Assembly (NCBI GenBank): GCA_045539625.1
Contig: JAZQFS010000016.1
Coordinates: 2,971 to 66,970 of the forward strand
Direction of reading: 5' to 3'
DNA from: Eubacteriales bacterium
GTDB taxonomy: Bacteria; Bacillota; Clostridia; Oscillospirales; CAG-382
DNA length: 64,000 bases
This document shows, one piece after another, positions 19,323-29,300 of this stretch. The number at the start of each line of letters is the position of its first letter. Positions within the stretch are counted from its first letter, which is position 1. The notes beneath the pieces were generated by a model that was not told the DNA's origin, ran no database searches, and was given only the letters and a program-made list of their open reading frames with translations. The position numbers and the translations under genes were made by a program.

Positions 19323-20774
19323 ATGGCAGACAAGAAACAGGTTGAACAGATTACCTCAAGGGATACCGACTTTGCACAGTGGTATACCGACATAGTTAAA
19401 AACGCAGACCTTGCTGATTATTCCAGCGTAAAGGGCTGTATGATTATCCGTCCCTACGGATATGCTATCTGGGAAAATATCCAGAAAATCATGGACACAC
19501 GCTTTAAGGAAACAGGACATGAAAACGTATATATGCCCATGTTCATTCCCGAAAGCCTTCTCAACAAGGAAAAGGATCACGTTGAAGGCTTTGCACCCGA
19601 AGTTGCATGGGTAACACACGGCGGAAGCGAGCCTCTGACAGAGCGTCTTTGCGTTCGTCCCACCTCCGAAACACTTTTCTGCGAGCACTTTGCAAAGATT
19701 ATCAATTCCTACCGAGATCTTCCCGTGCTTTATAACCAGTGGTGCAGCGTTGTAAGATGGGAAAAGACAACAAGACCTTTCCTCAGAACAAGAGAATTCT
19801 TGTGGCAGGAAGGACATACAATGCACGCAACTGCAGAAGAAGCAAGAGCAGAAACACTTCAGATGCTTAACATTTATGCCGACGTTTGCGAGCATGACCT
19901 TGCAATGCCTGTAGTAAAGGGACCCAAGACTCCCTCCGACAAGTTTGCAGGTGCTGAGGATACATATGCCATTGAAGCACTTATGCACGACGGTAAGGCA
20001 CTTCAGGCAGGTACATCTCACTACTTCGGCGACGGCTTCGCAAGAGCATTTGACATCACCTACAAGTCAAAGGACAACAAGGACGAATATCCTCACCAGA
20101 CCTCATGGGGTACAACCACCCGTCTTATTGGTGCCATCATTATGACACACGGCGACGACAACGGTCTTGTGCTTCCTCCTGCAGTAGCACCTATTCAGGT
20201 TATTATAGTTCCCGTTGCACAGCATAAGGAAGGCGTGCTTGAAAAGGCTCGTGAGCTTCACGACAAGCTCGCCGCCTGCGGCATCAGAGTAAAGACAGAT
20301 GACAGCGACAACAGCCCCGGCTGGAAGTTTGCTCAGTACGAAATGAAGGGTGTACCCGTAAGAATTGAAATAGGGCCCCGTGACATCGAAAACGGACAGT
20401 GTGTTGCGGTTACCCGTCACAACGGCGAAAAGACCTTCCTTTCACTTGACAATATGCTGGAAGACTTCAAGGACGGCGTACTTGCAAAGCTTGAAGAGGT
20501 AAGAGAGGGTATTTACAACATAGCTCTTGAAAACCGCAAGAAGCACACCTACAACTGCACAACCATGGACGAAATCAAGGACGCTCTTGAAAAGAACGGC
20601 GACGGTTTTGTTCGTGCTATGTGGTGCGGCGACGAAGAATGTGAAGACACCGTAAAGGCTGAAACAGGTGTTGGCTCAAGATGTATTCCCTTTGAGCAGG
20701 AAACACTCAGCGACAAGTGCGTATGCTGCGGCAAGCCTGCAAAGAAGCTGGTTTACTGGGGTAAAGCGTACTAA
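19323..20774 (+). CDS. proS: proline--tRNA ligase (archaeal/eukaryote-like class IIa form)
   Basis: [25 protein letters not shown], class II motif 3 region, C-terminal Zn cluster CGDEECE...CVCCGKPA...YWGKAY. Confidence 0.92.
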   Translation: MADKKQVEQITSRDTDFAQWYTDIVKNADLADYSSVKGCMIIRPYGYAIWENIQKIMDTRFKETGHENVYMPMFIPESLLNKEKDHVEGFAPEVAWVTHGGSEPLTERLCVRPTSETLFCEHFAKIINSYRDLPVLYNQWCSVVRWEKTTRPFLRTREFLWQEGHTMHATAEEARAETLQMLNIYADVCEHDLAMPVVKGPKTPSDKFAGAEDTYAIEALMHDGKALQAGTSHYFGDGFARAFDITYKSKDNKDEYPHQTSWGTTTRLIGAIIMTHGDDNGLVLPPAVAPIQVIIVPVAQHKEGVLEKARELHDKLAACGIRVKTDDSDNSPGWKFAQYEMKGVPVRIEIGPRDIENGQCVAVTRHNGEKTFLSLDNMLEDFKDGVLAKLEEVREGIYNIALENRKKHTYNCTTMDEIKDALEKNGDGFVRAMWCGDEECEDTVKAETGVGSRCIPFEQETLSDKCVCCGKPAKKLVYWGKAY

Positions 20775-20819
20775 TAGTTGGTTTTATTGCAATAAAAAAG
20801 CCAATACCGTATCAGGGTA

Positions 20820-20848
20820 TTGACAAAATTGAAATTGCAGTATATAAT
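20820..20848 (+). promoter_or_regulatory. consensus sigma-A promoter (TTGACA-17 nt-TATAAT)
   Basis: TTGACA 20820-20825, 17-nt spacer, TATAAT 20843-20848. No protein gene lies downstream on this strand. Confidence 0.7.
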
Positions 20849-20854
20849 AAAGAT

Positions 20855-20942
20855 ACAAGGCAAGACCCATTGCGGTTGTGCCAGAATGAATTGATTAAAA
20901 TAACCGCTACATTTTGGCTGATGGGGCGGTTATTTTACTTTT
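20855..20942 (+). ncRNA. candidate antisense sRNA (type I antitoxin-like); may read through to the weak terminator at 21117-21142
   Basis: It starts about 7 nt after the consensus -10. The hairpin AAAATAACCGC (20897-20907) / GCGGTTATTTT (20926-20936) is followed by ACTTTTAT. It is fully complementary to the 3' end of the minus-strand peptide ORF. Confidence 0.45.
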
Positions 20943-21001
20943 ATACAAAGTAAAAATGTGAGAAAAAACAATAAAAGGAAAAACCTTATGTATTTCCACA
21001 T
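20930..21001 (-). CDS. 23-aa hydrophobic peptide MWKYIRFFLLLFFLTFLLCIKVK (type I toxin-like)
   Basis: SD AAAGGAGGTG (complement of 21007-21016) lies 5 nt upstream of the ATG. One transmembrane helix with a basic KVK tail. The ORF has its own consensus promoter. Confidence 0.5.
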   Translation of the reverse strand: MWKYIRFFLLLFFLTFLLCIKVK

Positions 21002-21086
21002 AGCACCACCTCCTTTACGGAGCGTGGCACAACCGCCGGTAAAAAACCGATAATGGTCTTGCCTCGGCTGAAGCTTCAGCGAGACT

Positions 21087-21115
21087 ATTATACACCGATA
21101 TGAAATAAAAGTCAA
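21087..21115 (-). promoter_or_regulatory. near-consensus sigma-A promoter (TTGACT-17 nt-TATAAT) for the small-peptide mRNA
   Basis: Complement of AGTCAA 21110-21115 and ATTATA 21087-21092, with a 17-nt spacer. Confidence 0.65.
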
Positions 21116-21144
21116 CAGCGCCGATGGGCGTTTTATTTTTTTGT

Positions 21145-21177
21145 GCAAAAAAGACTGTTTCAAAGCGAAACAGTCTT
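21145..21177 (-). terminator. intrinsic terminator of the rlmA-like gene
   Basis: Minus strand: AAGACTGTTTC GCTTTG GAAACAGTCTT followed by TTTTTT. Confidence 0.8.
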
Positions 21178-21182
21178 GATTT

Positions 21183-22004
21183 CTACACTTTTTTGTAAAC
21201 CAGAATCCGAAAGAAAGCCGAAACATCAAGCTCCTTCAGTTCCTTCAGCTTTTGCACGCCTTCCTTTGGAGTTTTCCAGGTGTAGGGCGTCATATGAAAC
21301 AGCGCCTGTATGTGCTCGGCGTTGTCAAGGGTAAAGCTTGACGACACGCAGTGTGTGCCTGTCAGCTCAAAGCCGTCGTATTCTTCTGTTTTGACGGGGT
21401 TTTTGTAGGGTACATCATATAACACCTGCTTAAGCTCCCACAGATGGTCTGCGTCCGGTACTACGTAAAGAAAATATCCGCCCGTCTTTAACACACGTGA
21501 AAATTCCTCGGCGGCAAGGGGCGAAAAGCAGTTGACAATTATGTCACAGCTGTTGTCGGACAGCGGCAGGTGATACACCGATGCCACCGCAAATTCTCCA
21601 CCGTCACATACCTTTGCAGTATGCTTTACGGCATCTTTTGACAGGTCAATTCCCACAACCGCGCCGTTTTTGCTTTTTGCAACAAGGCTGTAGGCACTTG
21701 TGTAATAGCCCTCACCGCAGCCTGCATCAAGAATTACCCCTTTATCGGGGCAATACTGCTGTAAAAGTGAGCACATTTTGTCACGGAGCGGCTTGTAATA
21801 TCCGCCTTCAAGAAAGCCTGTGCGTGCTCTTATCATATCCCTGCCGTCCCCTGAGCCTTTTTTTGTATGCTTTGACGGAGAAGTTAGATTGACATAGCCT
21901 TCCTTGGCAATGTCGAAAAGGTGACCGTTCCCGCATTTGTAAGCACCGTCCTGCTTTGAAAGGTTGGCACGGCACACGGGACAGGTAAAAATATTATCCA
22001 ACAT
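21183..22004 (-). CDS. 23S rRNA (guanine-N1)-methyltransferase, RlmA/RrmA-like
   Basis: N-terminal Zn ribbon CPVCRANL...YKCGNGHLFDIAKEGYVNL and SAM motif ILDAGCGEGYY. Confidence 0.75.
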   Translation of the reverse strand: MLDNIFTCPVCRANLSKQDGAYKCGNGHLFDIAKEGYVNLTSPSKHTKKGSGDGRDMIRARTGFLEGGYYKPLRDKMCSLLQQYCPDKGVILDAGCGEGYYTSAYSLVAKSKNGAVVGIDLSKDAVKHTAKVCDGGEFAVASVYHLPLSDNSCDIIVNCFSPLAAEEFSRVLKTGGYFLYVVPDADHLWELKQVLYDVPYKNPVKTEEYDGFELTGTHCVSSSFTLDNAEHIQALFHMTPYTWKTPKEGVQKLKELKELDVSAFFRILVYKKV

Positions 22005-22209
22005 TTTTCATTCCTTTGGGTAAAGTTTATTATATTATAATACAAAAGATATAAAAAGGCAAGAGAAAAAGATGAAGGCTGATAAAAAAACAAAGGTGAA
22101 AGATGCCAAGGCAAAAAAGTTAAAATTTGTCCTGTTGTTATCGGTTTTTGGCTGGAACAAGCGGGGCTTATGTGGTATATTGTATACGTAAAGTATGGGA
22201 GGTTTTACT

Positions 22210-24087
22210 ATGGACTTTAGAAAAATGGCTGAAAAGCTTGTTTCCCAAATGACTCTCGGTGAAAAGATGGCACAGATGAAGTTTGAAGCGCCTGCAATTG
22301 AAAGACTGGGCGTTCCTGCCTATAATTGGTGGAACGAAGGCTTACACGGCGTTGCACGTCAGGGTACGGCGACGGTGTACCCTCAGGCAATTGCCATGGC
22401 GGCAAGCTTTAACGATGAGTTACTTCAGACGGTGGGCGACCAGATAAGCACCTAGGCGAGAGCCGTTTACAATCAATATAAGCAAAACGGCAAAACGCAG
22501 CGGTATGAGGGCATTACAATCTGGTCTCCCAATATAAATATTTTCCGAGATCCCCGCTGGGGCAGAGGACACGAAACCTACGGCGAAGATCCCTATCTTA
22601 CGGCACGTATGGGAACAGCCTTTGTAAAAGGTCTTCAGGACGACGGAAAATACCGCAAGGCTGACGCTACGCTTAAGCATTATGCCGTTCACAGCGGTCC
22701 TGAGGCGTACAGACACGGCTTTAATGCCATCGTCAGTGAAAAGGATTTGAGAGAAACCTACCTTTGGGCATTTAAATACTGTATAGAAAACGCTCACCCT
22801 TCGGCGGTTATGGGTGCATACAACAGAACAAACGGCGAGCCTTGCTGTGCAAGTAAAACTCTCCTGCAGGATATACTCCGTGATGAATGGGGCTTTGACG
22901 GCTATGTTGTAAGTGACTGCGGTGCAATACGTGATATCCACGAAAACCACAAGCTTTGCGAAAATGCGGCTCAAAGTGCGGCACTTGCGGTAAATAACGG
23001 CTGTGAGCTTAACTGCGGACAGGCGTACTCATACCTTATGGCGGCATACGAGCAAGGACTTGTAACGGAAGAAACAATCACCGAGGCGGTTACAAAGCTG
23101 TTTACGGCACGCTTCAGGCTTGGAATGTTTGCCGACGACTGCGAATTTGACAATATTTCCTATGACGTGGTTGAATGTAAGGCACATAAGGAAACAAACC
23201 GCAAGATGGCACAGGAAAGTATTGTGCTTCTCAAAAACAACGGCATACTTCCCTTAAAGGAAAATGCACGTGTTGCGGTAATCGGTCCCAATGCCGACTC
23301 ACAGACAATGCTTCTGGGAAATTACAGCGGTCTGCCCTCAGACTATTACACACTTCTCAGAGGAATACAGCAGTACAGCGAAAACGTGAAATATTCCCTC
23401 GGCTGTCATATTTACAATGAAAAAATGCACATAGATAAGCTTCGTTCAAGTCTGAGAGAGGCCGAAATGGTTGCCAAAAATTGCGATGTTGTGATTATGT
23501 GTATGGGAATCGATCCCACTTTTGAGGGGGAAGAAGGAGACAGCTTTAATCAGTCTGCCGCAGGTGACAAGCTTGACCTTGAGCTTCCGCTGTCACAGAA
23601 AATTCTGTATGACACCATCATAAAGCTGGGCAAGCCCGTAGTTTTTGTCAACGTCAGCGGAAGTGCCATAAATCTTAAGGCACAGAAACAGCAGTGCGAT
23701 GCGGTAATTCAGTGCTTTTATCCCGGTGCCATGGGAGGACTTGCACTCGGTGACATCATTTTCGGCAAGGTAAGCCCGTCGGGACGTCTTCCCGTAACCT
23801 TCTATGAGTCGGTGGACGACCTGCCCGACTTTAAAGACTATTCCATGGAAAACAGAACCTACAAGTTCTACAAGGGAACGCCCGTCTTTGAGTTCGGCGA
23901 AGGACTTACATATTCCGACATTTGCGAAGAATGGCTTGACGAGAGCACCGTAAAAGTAACAAACAACGGCTCTTTTGACACAGCCTACACGGTGCTGAGG
24001 TTTGAGTACATACCTCACAAGAGCCTTTGCGGTTTTAAGAAGATTTTCCTGAAGAGCGGCGAAAGCATTACCGTAAAATTTGAATGA
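22210..24087 (+). pseudogene. glycoside hydrolase family 3 (beta-glucosidase/xylosidase-like) interrupted by one in-frame TAG at 22453-22455
   Basis: ORFs 22195-22455 and 22609-24087 are in the same frame. Read through the TAG, the translation is continuous GH3 sequence (...VGDQIST*ARAVYN...SPNINIFRDPRWGRGHETYGEDP...GYVVSDCGA...). The stop sits where I recall GH3 homologues having Glu. Confidence 0.75.
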
Positions 24088-24120
24088 TGAATAATCTCCC
24101 CGCTTGTTCGGAGAGATTCA

Positions 24121-24333
24121 GCTTGTCGCAAAACCATTGTGAAAGTTTAGGTCAAGCCTTTTCAAAGGCTTGCAGTTTCCAAAGACAGCGTCTTTGGTCG
24201 CCGTCCGCAGACGGCGAAACTCCTTATGCTTCATAAAGCGCAGGAAAGGTGAATTTACCGTCCTTCAAAAGACGGTAAAGAGGAAAACCCTCGCCGGGGG
24301 TTTTCCTAAAACGTGAGATAAAACATACTTTTT
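24121..24333. repeat. hairpin-array repeat, left copy (inverted relative to 25855-26068)
   Basis: The reverse complement matches 25855-26068 almost base for base, except for one hairpin whose two arms differ in a compensatory way. Confidence 0.85.
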
Positions 24334-24342
24334 GGCAGGCTC

Positions 24343-24381
24343 AATCTCCCCGCCTGTTCGGGGAGATTTTCTTTGATTTTT
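24343..24381 (+). terminator. intrinsic terminator; a degenerate second copy of this hairpin lies at 24093-24118
   Basis: AATCTCCCC GCCTGTTC GGGGAGATT followed by TTCTTTGATTTTT. Confidence 0.8.
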
Positions 24382-24385
24382 GTAC

Positions 24386-24414
24386 TTGAAAAATACCGTG
24401 CAATATGTTATAAT
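24386..24414 (+). promoter_or_regulatory. sigma-A promoter of the FAD-protein gene
   Basis: TTGAAA, 17-nt spacer, TATAAT. Confidence 0.6.
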
Positions 24415-24476
24415 TAATCATAATCATTTTCAAACCGCATTATGGCGTAAAGTACCAAGCGACAGGAGAAATAAGA

Positions 24477-25841
24477 ATGAGATATGATTGCATAATAATC
24501 GGTGCAGGTCCCGGCGGAATTTTTTCTGCCTTTGAGCTTGTAAACACAAAGCCCGAGCTTAAAGTGGCGGTGTTTGAGGCAGGTCATGCATTGGAAAAAA
24601 GAAAGTGCCCCATCGACGGTGACAAGGTAAAGAGCTGTATCAGCTGTAAGAGCTGCTCCATTATGAGCGGCTTTGGCGGTGCAGGTGCTTTTTCCGACGG
24701 TAAGTACAATATTACCAACGATTTCGGCGGCACGCTGTATGAGTTCATAGGTAAAAACAGAGCCCTTGAGCTTATGCATTATGTTGACGACATAAATATG
24801 CGCTTTGGCGGAGAGGGCACAAAGCTGTATTCGACGTCAGGCTCAAAGTTCAAAAAACTGTGTATACAGAATGACCTGCATTTGCTTGACGCATCTGTTC
24901 GTCATCTGGGCACAGATATAAACTATGTTGTTCTTGAAAACCTCTATGCTTTTCTTAAGGACAAGGTTGACTTTTACTTTGACTGCCCCGTTGAAACAAT
25001 AGACATTGTGGACGGCGGCTATGAGGTAAAGTGCAAGGACGGCTCTTACAGCTGTGAAAAGTGCATTATTTCCGTGGGCAGAAGCGGAAGCAAGTGGATG
25101 GAAAGTGTGTGTAACCATCTTGACATTCCCACCAAGAGCAACAGAGTGGACATCGGCGTGAGAGTAGAGCTTCCCGCCGAGGTTTTCTCCCATCTTACCG
25201 ACGAGCTTTACGAAAGTAAAATTGTGTACCGTACCAAAAAGTACGGCGACAAGGTGAGAACCTTCTGTATGAATCCCAAGGGAAGCGTTGTTAACGAAAA
25301 TACAGGCGGTATTATCACCGTTAACGGACATAGCTACGAGGATCCCAAAAAGCAGACGGAAAACACTAACTTTGCCCTGCTTGTGGCAAAGCATTTTTCC
25401 GAGCCCTTCAAGGACTCCAACGGATATGGCGAAAGCATAGCAAAGCTCAGCAATATGCTGGGCGGAGGCGTTATTGTACAGCGTTTCGGCGACCTTATAA
25501 ACGGTCAGCGTTCAAATGCGGTGAGAATACGCGAGTCCTTTGTTAATCCCACACTTCAGGCAACGCCCGGTGACCTTAGCCTTGTGCTTCCCAAGCGTAT
25601 TCTTGACGGCATTATCGAGATGATATACGCCCTTGACAAAATCGCCCCCGGTACGGCAAACGACGACACTCTTCTTTACGGTGTTGAGGTTAAGTTCTAC
25701 AATATGGAGGTTGAGGTGGACGAGCATCTCCAGTCAAAGTATGACGGTCTTTACATCATCGGCGACGGAAGCGGAATTACCCACTCTCTTTCCCATGCTT
25801 CGGCAAGCGGTGTTCACGTTGCAAGAAATATTCTGGGTTAA
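24477..25841 (+). CDS. FAD-dependent oxidoreductase-like protein (COG2509-like), function unknown
   Basis: N-terminal Rossmann motif YDCIIIGAGPGGIFSA, Cys cluster CPIDGDKVKSCISCKSC, C-terminal GLYIIGDGSG. Confidence 0.7.
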   Translation: MRYDCIIIGAGPGGIFSAFELVNTKPELKVAVFEAGHALEKRKCPIDGDKVKSCISCKSCSIMSGFGGAGAFSDGKYNITNDFGGTLYEFIGKNRALELMHYVDDINMRFGGEGTKLYSTSGSKFKKLCIQNDLHLLDASVRHLGTDINYVVLENLYAFLKDKVDFYFDCPVETIDIVDGGYEVKCKDGSYSCEKCIISVGRSGSKWMESVCNHLDIPTKSNRVDIGVRVELPAEVFSHLTDELYESKIVYRTKKYGDKVRTFCMNPKGSVVNENTGGIITVNGHSYEDPKKQTENTNFALLVAKHFSEPFKDSNGYGESIAKLSNMLGGGVIVQRFGDLINGQRSNAVRIRESFVNPTLQATPGDLSLVLPKRILDGIIEMIYALDKIAPGTANDDTLLYGVEVKFYNMEVEVDEHLQSKYDGLYIIGDGSGITHSLSHASASGVHVARNILG

Positions 25842-25854
25842 TAATTTTTCTCTG

Positions 25855-26232
25855 AAAAAGTATGTTTCATCTCACGTTTTAGGAAAACCCCCGGCGAGGG
25901 TTTTCCTCTTTTTCGTCCTTTTAGGACGAAAAATTCACCTTTTCTGCGCTTTATGAAGCATAAGGAGTTTCGCCGTCTGCGGACGGCGACCAAAGACGCT
26001 GTCTTTGGAAACTGCAAGCCTTTGAAAAGGCTTGACCTAAACTTTCACAATGGTTTTGCGACAAGCTTTACCGTCCTTTTAAGGACGGTAAATTCACCTT
26101 TCCTGCGCTTTATGAAGCACAAGGAATTTCGACCTCTCGGAGGTCGACCAAAGGCTTCTCGCCTTTGGAAACTCGGTCGCTTTCTTATAAGAAAGCGACC
26201 CAAAGAATTTTATAACAGGTTTTGCGACAATC
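25855..26232. repeat. hairpin-array repeat, right copy: unit 25855-26068 plus a diverged tandem unit 26069-26232
   Basis: Conserved linkers (AAATTCACCTTTCCTGCGCTTTATGAAGCA.AAGGA.TTTCG, CCAAAG..CTTTGGAAACT, TTTTGCGACAA) separate stems whose sequences differ between units but stay self-complementary. Confidence 0.85.
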
Positions 26233-26234
26233 TC

Positions 26235-26261
26235 AGAGCTGCTGCGGCAGCTCTTTTTTTC
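26235..26261 (+). terminator. intrinsic terminator
   Basis: AGAGCTGC TGCG GCAGCTCT followed by TTTTTTT. Confidence 0.7.
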
Positions 26262-26315
26262 TTGCTTTTTTGGAAGCCTGCGACAGTAAGTTGCTGTTAA
26301 TAAAGGACTTTAACA

Positions 26316-26353
26316 AAAACAAAAAAACAGAAGAGCCGCCGAAGCAGCTCTTC
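26316..26353 (-). terminator. intrinsic terminator of the 1542-aa SLH protein gene
   Basis: Minus strand: GAAGAGC...GCTCTTC stem followed by TGTTTTTTTGTTTTTG. Confidence 0.6.
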
Positions 26354-26374
26354 AAAAGAGATGTTTTATTGTGC

Positions 26375-29300
26375 TTAGTCTTTGATTTCCTTAACAACAA
26401 TGTTGTCAAGCTCGAAGGTGTCTGATACATCTTCTCCCGTAGGTGTGATGTAGCAGGAGAATTTAACGCCGTTGTTGCTTGTCATGGGACCGGGAACATA
26501 AATTGTGTTGAAGTGTGTCCATGAACCGTCGGCTTCAAGCCAGATGCTGCCTGCGTGGTGATTCGTGCCGTCTGATGCAGGATACTGAATGTTAACGGCA
26601 AGATTCATTCTTACCTTGTTGCCCTTGGAGTCGCATACGCCTCTTGCATCAAAGGAAATTTCGTATTTCTTGCCTGATTCAAAGGGATAATCATGTATCG
26701 CATAAGTCCAAGCCTTCTTGTCGGGACCTGTGAAGCGGTATACATGGTTGCCGGGCTTCTGAGCATCCTCTTCGATGGTAACCTTGGCTGTGCCGGAGTA
26801 GAAGGTCTGGATACCGGGAAGCTCTGCTGTGCCGTTCTGAATACCTGATGTATTATAAAGCTCGGGATCATATTCGGGATCTTCGATAAGTCTGATGTAG
26901 TCTATATCGATTGAGCCAATCTTGTTAAAGGGGTCAAATCTGAAGCCTGTAATAAGACCGTTCCAGTTAGGAAGGGGCTTTACATCAAAGGTATATACTT
27001 CCCACTCACCCTTGGAGTCGGTGGACTTGAGAGTCTGTCTTACAGTCTTTGTTTCGTTCCATGAGCTGTCAAGGCTTGTGATGTAGTAGAAGGTCATTTG
27101 GTCGGGCTTTTCAGCTTCGTACTTGTAACGAACTCTCACTTCAATTTCCTTGTACTGTCTTGCAGGGAATTTAATCTTGGAACCGGCGGACATATTGGGG
27201 TCGGTGTTTGTGCCGTTTAAGTTTTCACAGTTGAGGTACTCGCCGTTGGCTGTGAAGTTCATGTTGCCTGACTTCCAGCCGTCGCTGTCAAAGCCGCTGA
27301 AGTCCCACTGACCGGGCTGTGTGAAGGAGCCGCTTGTAATAAGCTCAAGCTCGGGAGTCTCGATGTATACGTTTGTGCCCTCTTCCTTGTAGGTGTAGCC
27401 GAGAGCTTCGCTGAGAGCCTTGAAGTCAATCATGGGAATACCGTCTACGGAGTAAACTGTATAGCCAAGCTTCTTTTCTACGCCGTCAACGGTATACTTG
27501 TCTGAGCCGTCCTTAAAGGTAACAACATGGTTGTTGGCGGTGAGCTTGATTGTTCTTGTTTCGTGATCCCATTCAAAGAAGGAATAGAGAAGGTGGTCGA
27601 TGGCTGTTTCGGGGTCGAAGGGATATACAAGAACGCCGTTGTTTCTTTCGGGAAGAATGATGCTGTCGGCTTCAATGGTGTTAACAAAGAGCTTGTTGTC
27701 AACAGCATACTTTGCATCAATTTCATTTTCCTTAATCTTAAGCAGTTCAATTGCACCCAGCTTAAAGGCAGCGCCGTTGCCGTTGCAGGGGTCAATTCTC
27801 AAAGCCTTGAGAGTGCCTCTCCAAAGACCGCTTCTTAAATGGAAGTCACAAAGCATGGGCTGAAGTCCGCCTGCTGTTGAGGTGTACTTAACCTGCATTG
27901 ACTTGTTTTCACTGTAGTCGGGCTCTGCTTCTGTGCCGTAGAACACCTGAAGATGCTTGCCGCCAGGGATTTCGAGGTTTACTCTGATTGCCGCAATTTC
28001 CTTGAGATTCAAGCCGTCAATGCCCTTAACATTGAAGTTAAAGTCCTCCTTGTTGCTGACACCGCTCATAACGCCGTTTTCAAACTTAACGTTGTCAACG
28101 CCGTTTATATCAACGATTGTCTCGGCAGTAGGAACGATGGTCTTAACAACCTCGTATTCATATTCCTTGGTATTTACGTTGGTGGGATTTTCGTAGTAGC
28201 CCTGGAATCTTAAAAGTCTTGCGTACTGAGGATAGAAATGGTTGATACGTTCAAGCTGAGCTTCATTGGGAACAACATGAGGAAGTTCTTTAGGAAGGTT
28301 TGTATACTTGTCTCTGAGAACGTCAAGATAGCTGAAGCCGTTAAGACCTTCGCAAGGCATAATATATGTACCTTCGCCGTATTCGTTCCATGTAGATACC
28401 CAAACCATCTTTTCTTCCCATGTGCCCTTTTCTGCGTACTTGGGAATGTATGTGCTCTTAACCCATTCATGGCTCTTTGCCCAATCTTCGGGAGTCATGA
28501 GAGGCTGCTTCATGTTTCTCCATGCAAAGTCGCTGTAGCCTACGCTGATTGTAGGAATAACGTGTGCAGTCTTTGCTTCATTTGCAAGGTTTACGTTCTT
28601 GTCAACGTTAACCTGGTACTGATAGCCCGGTGCATTCCAGTGATATGCTGCGTATGCATCAAGACCTGCCTTTTCAATGGTGTTGATGGATGCATTTGAA
28701 ACGTAAAGCATACCGTCAAAGCCGTAGCTGCGTGCTACCTCTTCAAGGTATTCAAATTCAGCCTTAGCCTTTTCAAAGTTGCCGAAATACTTATCGCTGC
28801 AAATTGAATCAAGTGCATATACGTGTAAAAGAAGCTTATTGTCAATTACAGCGTAGTTTTCATCAAGGAAGTAGTTTTCAAACCAGTAAGGAATTACGTG
28901 GGTTCTGAACTGTTCTGCATTAAACTTTGTACCGCTTCCTGCTTCCCAGATAAGGCAGTACTTCATGTAATCCTGATACTTGGAATGCTGGAGACCTTCG
29001 TTAAGCTGGAAGGACAGGTGGGTTGTCTTGACAGGACCCTTTGCAGGACTTGCGTACCAGCAAACCGCCTGAATGTCAATACCGCCTTCAACCATGTACT
29101 TAACTTCCCAGTCAGCACTTTCTCTGCTTCCTTCGTCGTAGTAGCCGAGAACAGGCTTGTTTTCGTCGTAAGGAGTAATGCAAGCCCAGCCGTAGTGTGT
29201 GCCGTCATTGTACCAGAGGTTACAGATGTTCATTGCAACGATGTAATCGTCAAAGCTTGCCTTTGCAACAGGTGCGGGAACATAGTCATAATGGTCAATG

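Noticed and set aside
19356-20021. Long antisense ORFs inside confident genes (19356-20021 in proS; also 22420-22974, 24843-25394, 16204-16818, 35154-35711, 35945-36520, 28238-28699, 30281-30877)
   Set aside because: Each fully overlaps a well-supported gene on the other strand. They have Cys/Arg-rich low-quality translations and no RBS. These are typical shadow ORFs.
20874-21064. The proS-rlmA intergenic RNA as 6S, SRP or RNase P RNA
   Set aside because: I found none of the conserved motifs of those families. A strongly Shine-Dalgarno-preceded hydrophobic ORF on the opposite strand, together with convergent promoters, fits a type I TA locus better.
22453-22455. TAG as programmed recoding (pyrrolysine or read-through)
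   Set aside because: No pyl genes or recoding signals are visible in the window. The position corresponds to an ordinary Glu codon one substitution away. A nonsense mutation or base-call error is simpler.
25855-26232. Possible CRISPR array
   Set aside because: There are only two long (~160-210 bp), diverged units made of several hairpins. There is no short repeat/unique spacer periodicity and no cas genes.
25953-26425. ORFs 25953-26300 (115 aa, repeated FMKHKEFR) and 26222-26425 / 26233-26430
   Set aside because: They lie entirely in the hairpin-array repeat and terminator region. The repeated peptide only reflects the DNA repeat unit. Differences between units preserve stem pairing rather than codons. 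No RBS is present.
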